A stretch of 64,000 nucleotides of DNA from Clostridiales bacterium (GTDB taxonomy: Bacteria > Bacillota > Clostridia > Oscillospirales > CAG-272): contig DULN01000002.1 of assembly GCA_012840355.1 (NCBI GenBank), forward strand, positions 19,037 through 83,036, written 5' to 3'. The translations under genes were made by a program, and so were the position numbers. Positions 9,326 to 16,881 of this stretch are shown in pieces. The stretch's first letter is position 1; every line of letters starts with the position of its first letter. Under the pieces are notes generated by a model. The model was not told the origin of the DNA. It saw nothing but the letters and a program-made list of their open reading frames with translations, and ran no database searches.

Positions 9326-10723
9326 ATGAAAGCACCGAACATTTTATTTTTCGTATACGACCAGCAGCGATACGACTGTATTGGCGCGGCGGGGATATAT
9401 CCCGTAAAAACGCCGAACATCGACGCGCTCGCGGCACGCGGCGCTTGGTTTGAGCGCGCGTATACCCCAATCCCGGTCTGCGCTCCGGCAAGGCAAGCGC
9501 TGTTTTCCGGCCGCCGGCCCGAGGAAAGCGGGGGGCTTTGGAACCCGCATATTGTTTTCCCGCTGCACGCGCAAATTGGCGGCTACAAGTGGACCTGCGC
9601 GCTTGCAGAGGCGGGCTATAAAACCTCGCTTGTCGGGCTTTGGGAGCTTGGCGGCTGTACGCCAGCCGATTTCGGCTTTGAGCAGCATATAAGCCGCGCG
9701 GAGCTCGCAAAAGAGCGCGAGGAGCATGTCGGTAAAGTCGGCTTTAAAAACGGGTATTTCGGCGAGAGCGACCCCGCGCCACTTGAATACAACAACACGC
9801 ACATCACGGCTCGGCGCGCGATAGAGGAGCTTCGGCGGCTGCACGAGAGCGGCAGCCCGTGGCTGCTTTTTGTCGATTGCCCGGAGCCGCATCTGCCCTG
9901 CCGCCCCTCGGCGCCGTTCGACACAATGTACGACCCGGCTGAGGTGCCAAAATGGGCGGGATTCGACGAAGATTTTGAAGGCAAGCCCTATATAAGGAGA
10001 CAGCAGCTTTATAATTGGGGGCTTGAGGGCAGAAGCTGGGAAGAGTGGTCGAAGACCGTCGCGCTTTATTACGGCATGGTCTCGCAGTGTGACGACGCTA
10101 TTGGCAGTGTTCTAGCGGAGCTCGACCGGCTCGGCGAGCGCGAGAATACGATTATAGTTTACACTTCCGACCACGGTGACATGTGCGGCTCGCACCGGCT
10201 TATTGACAAGCATTACAATATGTACGACGACCTAGTGCGCGTGCCGCTGATAATCTCATGGAAAGGACATATCGAACCGCGCAGGGTCGGAGGGTTTTCG
10301 CACGGCTGCCTTGATGTTGGCCCGACGCTATTGGGGCTTGTCGGCATCGAGTACCCTGAAGGCGCGTTCCACGGCGCAGATCTATCGCGCGCGCTGCTAC
10401 AGGGGTGCGACACAGGTCTCTCTTATGCGGTATCAACATATAACGGGCAGCAGTTCGGGCTATTCTGCGAGCGCATGATAACTGACGGCAAGCTAAAATA
10501 CGTGTGGAATTTAACCGATATAGACGAGCTATACGACCTGGAGCTTGACCCCGGCGAACTTGTAAACCGGATAAACGACGACTCGTATGCCGAAAGGGTA
10601 AAAGAGCTGCGGCTTATGCTTTACGAGGAACTGCGGCGCTGCGGCGACCCGATAATAGGCTGGACGGCGCACCAGCTGACCGAAGGCAAAAAATTGCGCG
10701 GCCGGGGTATATATACAATATAA
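9326..10723 (+). CDS. Cys-type sulfatase (arylsulfatase family), no signal peptide
   Basis: Sulfatase N-terminus NILFFVYDQQRYD and the C-x-P-x-R signature PVCAPARQALFSGR. I took the start at MKAPNILF (9326). The ORF-track start 9290 would be nearly leaderless from the predicted promoter. Confidence 0.88.
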   Translation: MKAPNILFFVYDQQRYDCIGAAGIYPVKTPNIDALAARGAWFERAYTPIPVCAPARQALFSGRRPEESGGLWNPHIVFPLHAQIGGYKWTCALAEAGYKTSLVGLWELGGCTPADFGFEQHISRAELAKEREEHVGKVGFKNGYFGESDPAPLEYNNTHITARRAIEELRRLHESGSPWLLFVDCPEPHLPCRPSAPFDTMYDPAEVPKWAGFDEDFEGKPYIRRQQLYNWGLEGRSWEEWSKTVALYYGMVSQCDDAIGSVLAELDRLGERENTIIVYTSDHGDMCGSHRLIDKHYNMYDDLVRVPLIISWKGHIEPRRVGGFSHGCLDVGPTLLGLVGIEYPEGAFHGADLSRALLQGCDTGLSYAVSTYNGQQFGLFCERMITDGKLKYVWNLTDIDELYDLELDPGELVNRINDDSYAERVKELRLMLYEELRRCGDPIIGWTAHQLTEGKKLRGRGIYTI

Positions 10724-10753
10724 CCGCGAAGAATTTTCTAAAGGGCATATCGG

Positions 10754-11983
10754 ATGATCGAAAGGCGCGGAAAACAAAATAGCGGCGCTCCGCGCCCATC
10801 GGGAGCGGCCCGGGGCGCATCGGGCGCTCCCGTAATTTCTTCATATGGCCGCCCCGCCGCGAGGAATGCGGGCGGTATGCCAGCATCGGCACCTCCAAAA
10901 AACATTAATGCAAAACCCCGGACACCCGGACAGCGGCATGCGTCAAAAAAAGGCGCCAATCCGCCGAACGCAGTAAAAAACCGGGCACAGCCAGCAGGAA
11001 AGCCTCCGGTAAAAAAGCAAGCCGCGGCGGCGGGTAAGGGTATGGCTCAGCCCGTGAGCCCGGTTCCCACGGGCAGTCGGGCGGCGCCGCCCAAAGCCCA
11101 AGCCCGCGTTGCCGTATCTGCGAAGAAAAAAGCTGCGGGCCGGAAAGCCGGTGCAAAAAAAGCGGCGAGAAAGCTTCGCCCGGAGACTGCGGCGCAGCGG
11201 AGAAAGGACATAAACTCGCGGCGTGGCGTCACTCCCGAGCAGCTTGAGTTCATGCGCCGTCGCAGGGAGATTAAGCGCTATTATGTAAAAAAACGCCGCA
11301 TTTCAGCGATAACTCTGCTGCTCACGCGTTTTACTGCGCTAGTAATAATATATGTAGTGCTTTTTGCGCTCTCATCCGGGCTTTTTGCACTGAACCTGGT
11401 CGTTGCCCGCCCGCCGCACGGCGAGGACGTGGTATACCAGCTCGGTGAAAACAAATACGACACCACCTACAAAGTTGAAACGCTTAAATACGGCGAGAGG
11501 ATAAAGGACGGGCAGGTTTACCTAAACTTTACGGAAATTGCCGAGTACCTTGATTTTATAACAATTGGCGACCTTTCAAGGCTAAGGTACCTTACAAATT
11601 ATTCCGGCGGTGAAGAAGTCGTTTTCGAGGTTGGAACTACGGCGGTGACAGTAAACGGCAATATGACGAGAATGCCCGCGCCTTCTTATTACGAGTCCGG
11701 CGCGCTTTATGTCCCTCTAGATTTTGTAGAAACTTATATAAGAGGGATTTCTGTCGGTGTAAATGAGAAGAACGGTAGGCTTGTGTTGTACAGGGAATAT
11801 ACGCTTAATACGAAAAACGAGAAAATATACAGCGATATAACCTTTACGCTTAAGCCTCAGACCCCGATTGAGCATATAGACGAAAACACCCTTCCGGTCG
11901 ACATTAAGCTTGCTACCGAACCGTCGCGCCGTCCGCAGCAGCCGGACACAGGCTCGGCGCAGGATGAAACCCGGACTGAGTAA
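10754..11983 (+). CDS. single-pass membrane protein: basic Lys/Ala/Pro-rich cytoplasmic tail, TM helix, extracellular copper-amine-oxidase-N-like domain
   Basis: 409 aa. The first ~180 aa are low-complexity and basic (AKKKAAGRKAGAKKAARK). The TM helix is ITLLLTRFTALVIIYVVLFALSSGLFAL. The C-terminal segment (TAVTVNGNMTRMPAPSYYESGALYVPLDFV) resembles the Cu_amine_oxidN1 stalk domain common in Clostridia. Confidence 0.6.
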   Translation: MIERRGKQNSGAPRPSGAARGASGAPVISSYGRPAARNAGGMPASAPPKNINAKPRTPGQRHASKKGANPPNAVKNRAQPAGKPPVKKQAAAAGKGMAQPVSPVPTGSRAAPPKAQARVAVSAKKKAAGRKAGAKKAARKLRPETAAQRRKDINSRRGVTPEQLEFMRRRREIKRYYVKKRRISAITLLLTRFTALVIIYVVLFALSSGLFALNLVVARPPHGEDVVYQLGENKYDTTYKVETLKYGERIKDGQVYLNFTEIAEYLDFITIGDLSRLRYLTNYSGGEEVVFEVGTTAVTVNGNMTRMPAPSYYESGALYVPLDFVETYIRGISVGVNEKNGRLVLYREYTLNTKNEKIYSDITFTLKPQTPIEHIDENTLPVDIKLATEPSRRPQQPDTGSAQDETRTE

Positions 11984-12001
11984 AGTAAGCGAGGTGAAAA
12001 A

Positions 12002-12514
12002 ATGCTTGAAGAGAAAAAAATGCTGCCTGTCGCGATCGGCTGCGACCACGGCGCATATGAGCTAAAAGAGCAGCTTAGGCTGCACCTTGAAGAGAAGGGG
12101 ATACCCTATATCGATTTTGGCACCTTTTCGCCCGAGTCGGTGCATTACCCGATATATGCCGACGCGGTGTGCAAGGCAATCCAGCGCGGCGAGTGCGAGC
12201 GCGGCATTTTGCTTTGCAGCACGGGCATAGGCATGAGCATTGCGGCGAACAAGCACCGGGGCATCCGCGCGGCGGTTTGCAGCGATACCTACAGCGCGCG
12301 CTTTACAAGGCTGCACAACGACTCGAACGTCCTTTGCCTTGGAGCGCTGGTAGTTGGCCGCGGGCTCGCGTTTGATATTGTCGACGCCTTCCTCTCCACA
12401 GAGTTTGAGGGGGGCCGGCATGCCGTGCGCGTGAATATGATAAACGAGCTTGAAAAATCTTGGGAAAAAGAGCCCACCGACGACGCGCCGGCCTGCTCCA
12501 GAGAGCCGAGCTAA
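12002..12514 (+). CDS. rpiB: ribose-5-phosphate isomerase B
   Basis: RpiB/LacAB family blocks VAIGCDHGAYELK and GILLCSTGIGMSIAANK. SD GAGGTGA lies 5 nt upstream of ATG 12002. Confidence 0.92.
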   Translation: MLEEKKMLPVAIGCDHGAYELKEQLRLHLEEKGIPYIDFGTFSPESVHYPIYADAVCKAIQRGECERGILLCSTGIGMSIAANKHRGIRAAVCSDTYSARFTRLHNDSNVLCLGALVVGRGLAFDIVDAFLSTEFEGGRHAVRVNMINELEKSWEKEPTDDAPACSREPS

Positions 12515-12580
12515 GACGGCAGCAATCCCCTTAAATAATTGCCCGAGCGGCGCAAAGCTGCATATAATAAATGAGGTTTT

Positions 12581-12630
12581 GCGCGCCACCTTCGCGCCCC
12601 TCCGTTCGGCCGATGTGGCGCGCTTATTTT
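12581..12630 (+). terminator. terminator-like hairpin downstream of rpiB
   Basis: Perfect 9-bp inverted repeat GCGCGCCAC (12581-12589) / GTGGCGCGC (12615-12623) followed by TTATTTT. Confidence 0.6.
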
Positions 12631-12657
12631 GGGTAAAACCCCGGTTGACTGATGCGG

Positions 12658-12704
12658 CCCGCCCGCTTGTGCGGCGTTGCGCGAGGCGGGTTTGCGATTT
12701 TTTT
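12658..12704 (+). terminator. second rho-independent terminator
   Basis: CCCGCC (12658-12663) / GGCGGG (12685-12690) stem with an inner CGC..GCG pair, followed by TTTGCGATTTTTTT. Confidence 0.65.
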
Positions 12705-12829
12705 GGGCAAAATTTTGCGGGGAAGGTATAAAATCGGGAAAAAGCGGTAAGCTATATGTCCATAGAGCACACAAAAAATTTCGCCCTAATGTAAATTATT
12801 GTGGATGACGAAAAAATTTTAAAAACTAC

Positions 12830-12858
12830 TTGAAATTATAATAATTTTGTATTATAAT
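12830..12858 (+). promoter_or_regulatory. near-consensus sigma-A promoter driving the rpsJ leader / S10 operon
   Basis: TTGAAA (12830-12835), a 17-nt AT-rich spacer, then TATAAT (12853-12858). An AT-rich UP-like region lies upstream. The predicted TSS is near 12865. Confidence 0.75.
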
Positions 12859-12864
12859 AGAAAA

Positions 12865-13254
12865 GCTTGATATGCGATGAAGCGGGAGGTTGCCCGGTGG
12901 CACATGCTGGAGCTTTCTTGGCATGTGCCTGGCTGTTATGAGCCGGCTGGGGGAATTTCCGTGGAGTATGTCCGGACGGCGCGAAGCCGACTGCATAGGG
13001 CAGTCTGCCGCGTTAAGACGGGCGAAGGACCGTGATCCCGCGCGTCGGGTGCTTGGTTGCGCGCGCTAAATGGCAGCCGCGCTCGGAGCTATCCTCCGGT
13101 AAACGGGCGGATTTCCCCGTGCGGTGTCGCCTATATGGCGCCCGCGTCGAAAGGCGCGGCGTTATTTTAATGCAGGGCAAAGAAACACCCGGGCGAGTGT
13201 AGAGACGTCCCGCCCCGAAAATTATCTTTGGAAATAATTTAAGGAGGCAACCAA
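12865..13254 (+). ncRNA. unclassified ~350-nt structured RNA / long 5' leader of the S10 operon
   Basis: There is no credible ORF here. The segment is GC-rich with at least 9 local hairpins. Two long-range closing helices (12882-12887/13208-13213 and 12890-12897/13189-13196) enclose it. It also contains an internal GAAA-tetraloop hairpin plus U tract, and an AU hairpin abutting the rpsJ SD. See findings. Confidence 0.6.
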
Positions 13255-13566
13255 GTGGCAGTCAAAGAAAAGCTGAGGATCAAACTGAAAAGCTATGACC
13301 ACGTCCTTATCGATCAGGCGTGCGAGAAGATTGTCGAGACCGCAAAGCGCCACGGCGCTTCGGTTTCGGGGCCGATCCCGCTGCCGACCGAGAAGGAAAT
13401 CATAACGATCCTCCGCGCGGTCCACAAGTATAAGGACAGCCGTGAGCAGTTTGAACTGCGCACCCATAAGAGGCTTATCGACATCATTAGGCCTAACCAG
13501 AGGACAATTGACGCGCTTATGGGCATCGAGCTCCCTGCCGGCGTTGAAATAGAGCTTAAGCTCTAA
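13255..13566 (+). CDS. rpsJ: 30S ribosomal protein uS10
   Basis: 103 aa with the conserved uS10 sequence. GTG start with SD AAGGAGG (13241-13247). It is the first gene of the S10 cluster. Confidence 0.97.
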   Translation: MAVKEKLRIKLKSYDHVLIDQACEKIVETAKRHGASVSGPIPLPTEKEIITILRAVHKYKDSREQFELRTHKRLIDIIRPNQRTIDALMGIELPAGVEIELKL

Positions 13567-13791
13567 TCGGCCGCGCGCCGGAATCGGCAAGCAAATTTCT
13601 TGCCGAAGGGAGAGCTCTAGGCCGCCCCTGGCGGGCCTAGGGGAAAGCAGCTTTATGGCTGCGATTTATTTAATATGGCCGAAAGAAATTGTCATGTCGG
13701 ATGATGCGGACGAATGTGCTTTCGCAAAACGGCAACAGGCGGGTACGCGTCGCGCAGTCCGACCAATAACAATAGTGGAAGGAAAACCGAG
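13567..13791 (+). other. 225-nt structured intergenic spacer between rpsJ and rplC
   Basis: Hairpins at 13584-13591/13599-13606 (8 bp), 13615-13625/13631-13642 (11 bp with one bulge) and 13648-13652/13659-13663, the last followed by GATTTATTTAAT. Confidence 0.5.
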
Positions 13792-14424
13792 ATGAAGAAA
13801 GGCATTATCGGCAGAAAAGTCGGCATGACCCAGATTTTTGACGAAAAAGGGAACGTTATCCCGGTAACCGTCATCGAAGCGGGTCCTTGCATCGTATCGC
13901 AGGTTAAAACGGTCGAAAACGACGGCTATAACGCAATCCAGCTTGGATTTGTTGATGTTGCCGAAAAGAAGCTTAACAAGCCGGAGCTCGGCCACTTTAA
14001 GAAAGCCGGGCTGGCACCCAAAAAGCACCTGAAAGAATTCAGGCTCGAGGACATTTCCGGTTATAAAGTGGGCGATACCGTCACCGTGGATATCTTTACC
14101 GTCGGTGAAAAGGTCGACGTTACCGGAATTACAAAGGGCCGCGGATTCTCCGGTGTTATCAAGAGATGGAACGCGCACAGACTGAAAATGACACACGGCA
14201 CCGGTCCCGTACACAGACAGGTAGGTTCGATGGGCGCAAACTCTGACCCGTCCAGAGTTTTCAAAAACAAGAAAATGCCCGGACAGTACGGCAACGAGCG
14301 TGTCACCGTGCTCAACCTCACAGTCGCCAAGATCGATCCCGAACACAATCTGCTCGCGGTGAAAGGCGCCGTTCCCGGAGCACGCGGCGGAATCGTGTTC
14401 ATCCGCGACGCGGTCAAGGCGTAA
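13792..14424 (+). CDS. rplC: 50S ribosomal protein uL3
   Basis: uL3 sequence ([20 protein letters not shown]...). I trimmed the start from ORF-track 13714 to ATG 13792, which has SD GGAAGGA. Confidence 0.97.
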   Translation: MKKGIIGRKVGMTQIFDEKGNVIPVTVIEAGPCIVSQVKTVENDGYNAIQLGFVDVAEKKLNKPELGHFKKAGLAPKKHLKEFRLEDISGYKVGDTVTVDIFTVGEKVDVTGITKGRGFSGVIKRWNAHRLKMTHGTGPVHRQVGSMGANSDPSRVFKNKKMPGQYGNERVTVLNLTVAKIDPEHNLLAVKGAVPGARGGIVFIRDAVKA

Positions 14425-14443
14425 GGACAAGGAGGATTATGCG

Positions 14444-15073
14444 ATGCCAACTTTAAAAGTAGTTGATATGGCGGGTAAAGAAGTCGGCGACATTTCGCTG
14501 TCGGACTATGTGTTCGGCATCGAGCCCAACGCCGCGGTTCTACATGCCGCTGTCAGGGCTTATCTTATGAATCAAAGACAGGGTACGCACTCCACGCTGA
14601 CCCGCTCCGAAGTTTCGGGCGGCGGCAGGAAGCCCTGGAGGCAGAAGGGTACCGGCAGAGCGCGCCAAGGCTCAATCCGCGCGCCCCAGTGGACCCATGG
14701 CGGTATCGCGCATGGCCCCAAGCCGCGCAGCTACCGCATCACGCTGAACAAGAAGGTTCGCCGCCTTGCGATGCGCAGCGCGCTTTCGGCAAAGGTAGCC
14801 GGCGGCGAGATAGTCGTTGTAGACGCCATAAAGACAAACGAGTTTAAGACGAAGACGATGGTCGCCATGCTGCGTGCGCTTGGCGCCGAGGACAAAAAAG
14901 CGCTTGTGGTGATCCCCGAACCCGATGAGAAGGTCATCGCGAGCCTGCGCAATATCGAGGGCGTAAAGATAGCCCTACCCGGCACGCTTAACACATACGA
15001 CATTCTCAATTGCGACAAGTTCATTGTATCTGAAGCGGCAGCGCGTAAGATAGAGGAGGTGTACGCAGAATGA
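14444..15073 (+). CDS. rplD: 50S ribosomal protein uL4
   Basis: 209 aa with the uL4 block GGGRKPWRQKGTGRARQGS. Canonical position. Confidence 0.97.
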   Translation: MPTLKVVDMAGKEVGDISLSDYVFGIEPNAAVLHAAVRAYLMNQRQGTHSTLTRSEVSGGGRKPWRQKGTGRARQGSIRAPQWTHGGIAHGPKPRSYRITLNKKVRRLAMRSALSAKVAGGEIVVVDAIKTNEFKTKTMVAMLRALGAEDKKALVVIPEPDEKVIASLRNIEGVKIALPGTLNTYDILNCDKFIVSEAAARKIEEVYAE

Positions 15074-15363
15074 AAACGCCCCAGGATATAATCATCCGCC
15101 CGGTGATAACCGAGGCGTCGATGGAAATGACGGAAAATAAGAAGTACGTTTTCCGCGTACACCCCGACGCGAACAAGCCCGAGATCGCGGACGCGATCGA
15201 AAAGCTGTTCGGCGTTAAAGTCAAATCGGTCAACACGATGGTAGTAAAGGGCAAGCCCAGGCGCGTCAGATATGCTCAGGGGTACACTTCAACGTGGAAA
15301 AAGGCTATCGTGACGCTGACCGAAGATTCGAAACCGATCGAGTTCTTCGAGGGCATGAGATAA
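15070..15363 (+). CDS. rplW: 50S ribosomal protein uL23
   Basis: 97 aa. 4-nt overlap with rplD. Canonical position. Confidence 0.96.
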   Translation: MKTPQDIIIRPVITEASMEMTENKKYVFRVHPDANKPEIADAIEKLFGVKVKSVNTMVVKGKPRRVRYAQGYTSTWKKAIVTLTEDSKPIEFFEGMR

Positions 15364-15375
15364 GGAGGGACAGAG

Positions 15376-16206
15376 ATGGCAGCTATTAAGTACAAGCCCA
15401 CAACCCCGGGCCGGCGAAACATGGCGGTCCCGTCCTTTGACGAGATAACCAAATTCACCCCTGAGAAGAGCCTGCTCACGGTTAAAAAGAAAAAAGCCGG
15501 CCGCAACAATACCGGCCGCATAACCGTCCGTCATCGCGGCGGCGGCAACCGTAAGAAATACCGCATCATCGATTTCAAGCGAGATGTAGTCGGCCAGAAG
15601 GCTACCGTTATCGGTATCGAGTACGATCCCAACCGCACAGCCTATATTGCGCTTTTGCAGTACGAAAACGGCGAGAAGAGATATATAATCGCCCCCTCGG
15701 GCCTGACCGACGGAATGACGGTCACCTCGGGGCCCGACGCCGACATCAAGGTAGGCAACACCCTGCCGCTTGCGAATATCCCGGTCGGCACATTTATTCA
15801 CAATATAGAGCTTTATCCCGGCAAGGGCGGCCAGCTTGTCCGCGCAGCGGGCACAATGGCGCAGCTGCTCGGCAAGGAGAACGGCATGGCCCAGATACGC
15901 CTGCCCTCCGGCGAGGTGCGCCTTGTGCGGCTTGACTGCCGCGCGACAATCGGTCAGGTGGGCAACATCGAGCATGACACCGTCAAGCTCGGTAAAGCTG
16001 GTAAGACACGCCATCGCGGTATCAGGCCGACGGTGCGCGGCTCGGCGATGAACCCCTGCGACCATCCGCACGGCGGCGGCGAAGGCAAATCGCCCATCGG
16101 TATGCCTGGCCCGGTCACACCGTGGGGCAAACCGACACTGGGATACAAGACACGCGACAAGAAGGCTCGCACCAATAAATTTATAATTAAACGCAGGAAC
16201 GGCTGA
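15376..16206 (+). CDS. rplB: 50S ribosomal protein uL2
   Basis: 276 aa with the uL2 block [17 protein letters not shown]. Confidence 0.98.
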   Translation: MAAIKYKPTTPGRRNMAVPSFDEITKFTPEKSLLTVKKKKAGRNNTGRITVRHRGGGNRKKYRIIDFKRDVVGQKATVIGIEYDPNRTAYIALLQYENGEKRYIIAPSGLTDGMTVTSGPDADIKVGNTLPLANIPVGTFIHNIELYPGKGGQLVRAAGTMAQLLGKENGMAQIRLPSGEVRLVRLDCRATIGQVGNIEHDTVKLGKAGKTRHRGIRPTVRGSAMNPCDHPHGGGEGKSPIGMPGPVTPWGKPTLGYKTRDKKARTNKFIIKRRNG

Positions 16207-16225
16207 TAAGGAGGCTTAAAGCAGA

Positions 16226-16507
16226 ATGGGCAGAAGTCTTAAAAAGGGACCGTACGTCGACCCCAAGCTGTTCAAACGCATCGTGGAAATGAACGAGAAG
16301 AACGAGAAAAAGGTTATCAAGACGTGGTCGAGAGCCTCCACGATATTCCCGGAATTTGTCGGGCACACCATAGCCGTTCATGACGGCCGCAAGCATGTAC
16401 CGGTGTATGTCACCGAGGAGATGGTCGGCCACAAACTCGGTGAATTCGCCCCAACTCGCCTGTTCCGCGGACACTCGGGGTCGAAGACTTCGAACACCGA
16501 GAAGTGA
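16226..16507 (+). CDS. rpsS: 30S ribosomal protein uS19
   Basis: 93 aa with [17 protein letters not shown]. Confidence 0.97.
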   Translation: MGRSLKKGPYVDPKLFKRIVEMNEKNEKKVIKTWSRASTIFPEFVGHTIAVHDGRKHVPVYVTEEMVGHKLGEFAPTRLFRGHSGSKTSNTEK

Positions 16508-16528
16508 TAGCAGGAGGTTATATAGGCA

Positions 16529-16864
16529 ATGAAAGCAGCGGCATATTTAAAGTATGCGCGTATAACTCCCCGTAAGGTGCAGGTCGTCCTCGATCTGATC
16601 CGCAAGAAAGATGTCGGCGAGGCAATGGCAATACTGAAGAACACCCCCAAAAGGGCGTCGGAATATCTTATAAAATTGCTTGGCAGCGCGGTGGCGAATG
16701 CCGAGAACAATTTTGGCATGGATACATCGAAGCTGTATGTGGCCGAATGCTACGTTACCCCAGGCCCGACACTTAAACGCTACAGACCCAGAGCAAGGGG
16801 AAGCGCGGCGCGCATACTGAAGCGCACCAGCCACGTGACGCTTGTGGTCGCCGAGAAGGAGTAA
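16529..16864 (+). CDS. rplV: 50S ribosomal protein uL22
   Basis: 111 aa. Canonical position, uL22 sequence. Confidence 0.96.
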   Translation: MKAAAYLKYARITPRKVQVVLDLIRKKDVGEAMAILKNTPKRASEYLIKLLGSAVANAENNFGMDTSKLYVAECYVTPGPTLKRYRPRARGSAARILKRTSHVTLVVAEKE

Positions 16865-16881
16865 GGAGGAGAGCGCACTCA

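Noticed and set aside
12450-12774. ORF-track ORFs 12450-12731 (+) and 12511-12774 (-) in the rpiB-rpsJ gap
   Set aside because: They overlap each other and the terminator hairpins. They have no SD and are Arg/Ala/Pro-rich, as is typical of random frames in GC-rich DNA.
12908-12920. BoxA-like (NusB/uS10 binding) element in the loop UGGAGCUUUCUUG
   Set aside because: Only about 5 of 12 positions match the GCUCUUUAACAA-type consensus. That is too weak to call.
12877-13035. 52-aa ORF (MKREVARWHMLELSWHVPGCYEP...) inside the leader
   Set aside because: There is no SD. It would start ~12 nt from the predicted TSS. The composition is Trp/Arg-rich with rare codons. The region is better explained by base-paired structure.
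12865-13254. Annotating the rpsJ-upstream RNA outright as rnpB (RNase P RNA)
   Set aside because: The universal GGAAAGUCC core, the bulged-U P4, and the specificity-domain conserved blocks are absent. Only topology and a few short islands match. I report it as an unclassified RNA with a flagged resemblance.
13694-13795. 33-aa upstream ORF ending in ATGA overlap with the rplC start (possible leader peptide)
   Set aside because: There is no SD upstream of its ATG and the sequence has no recognisable features. It is probably fortuitous.
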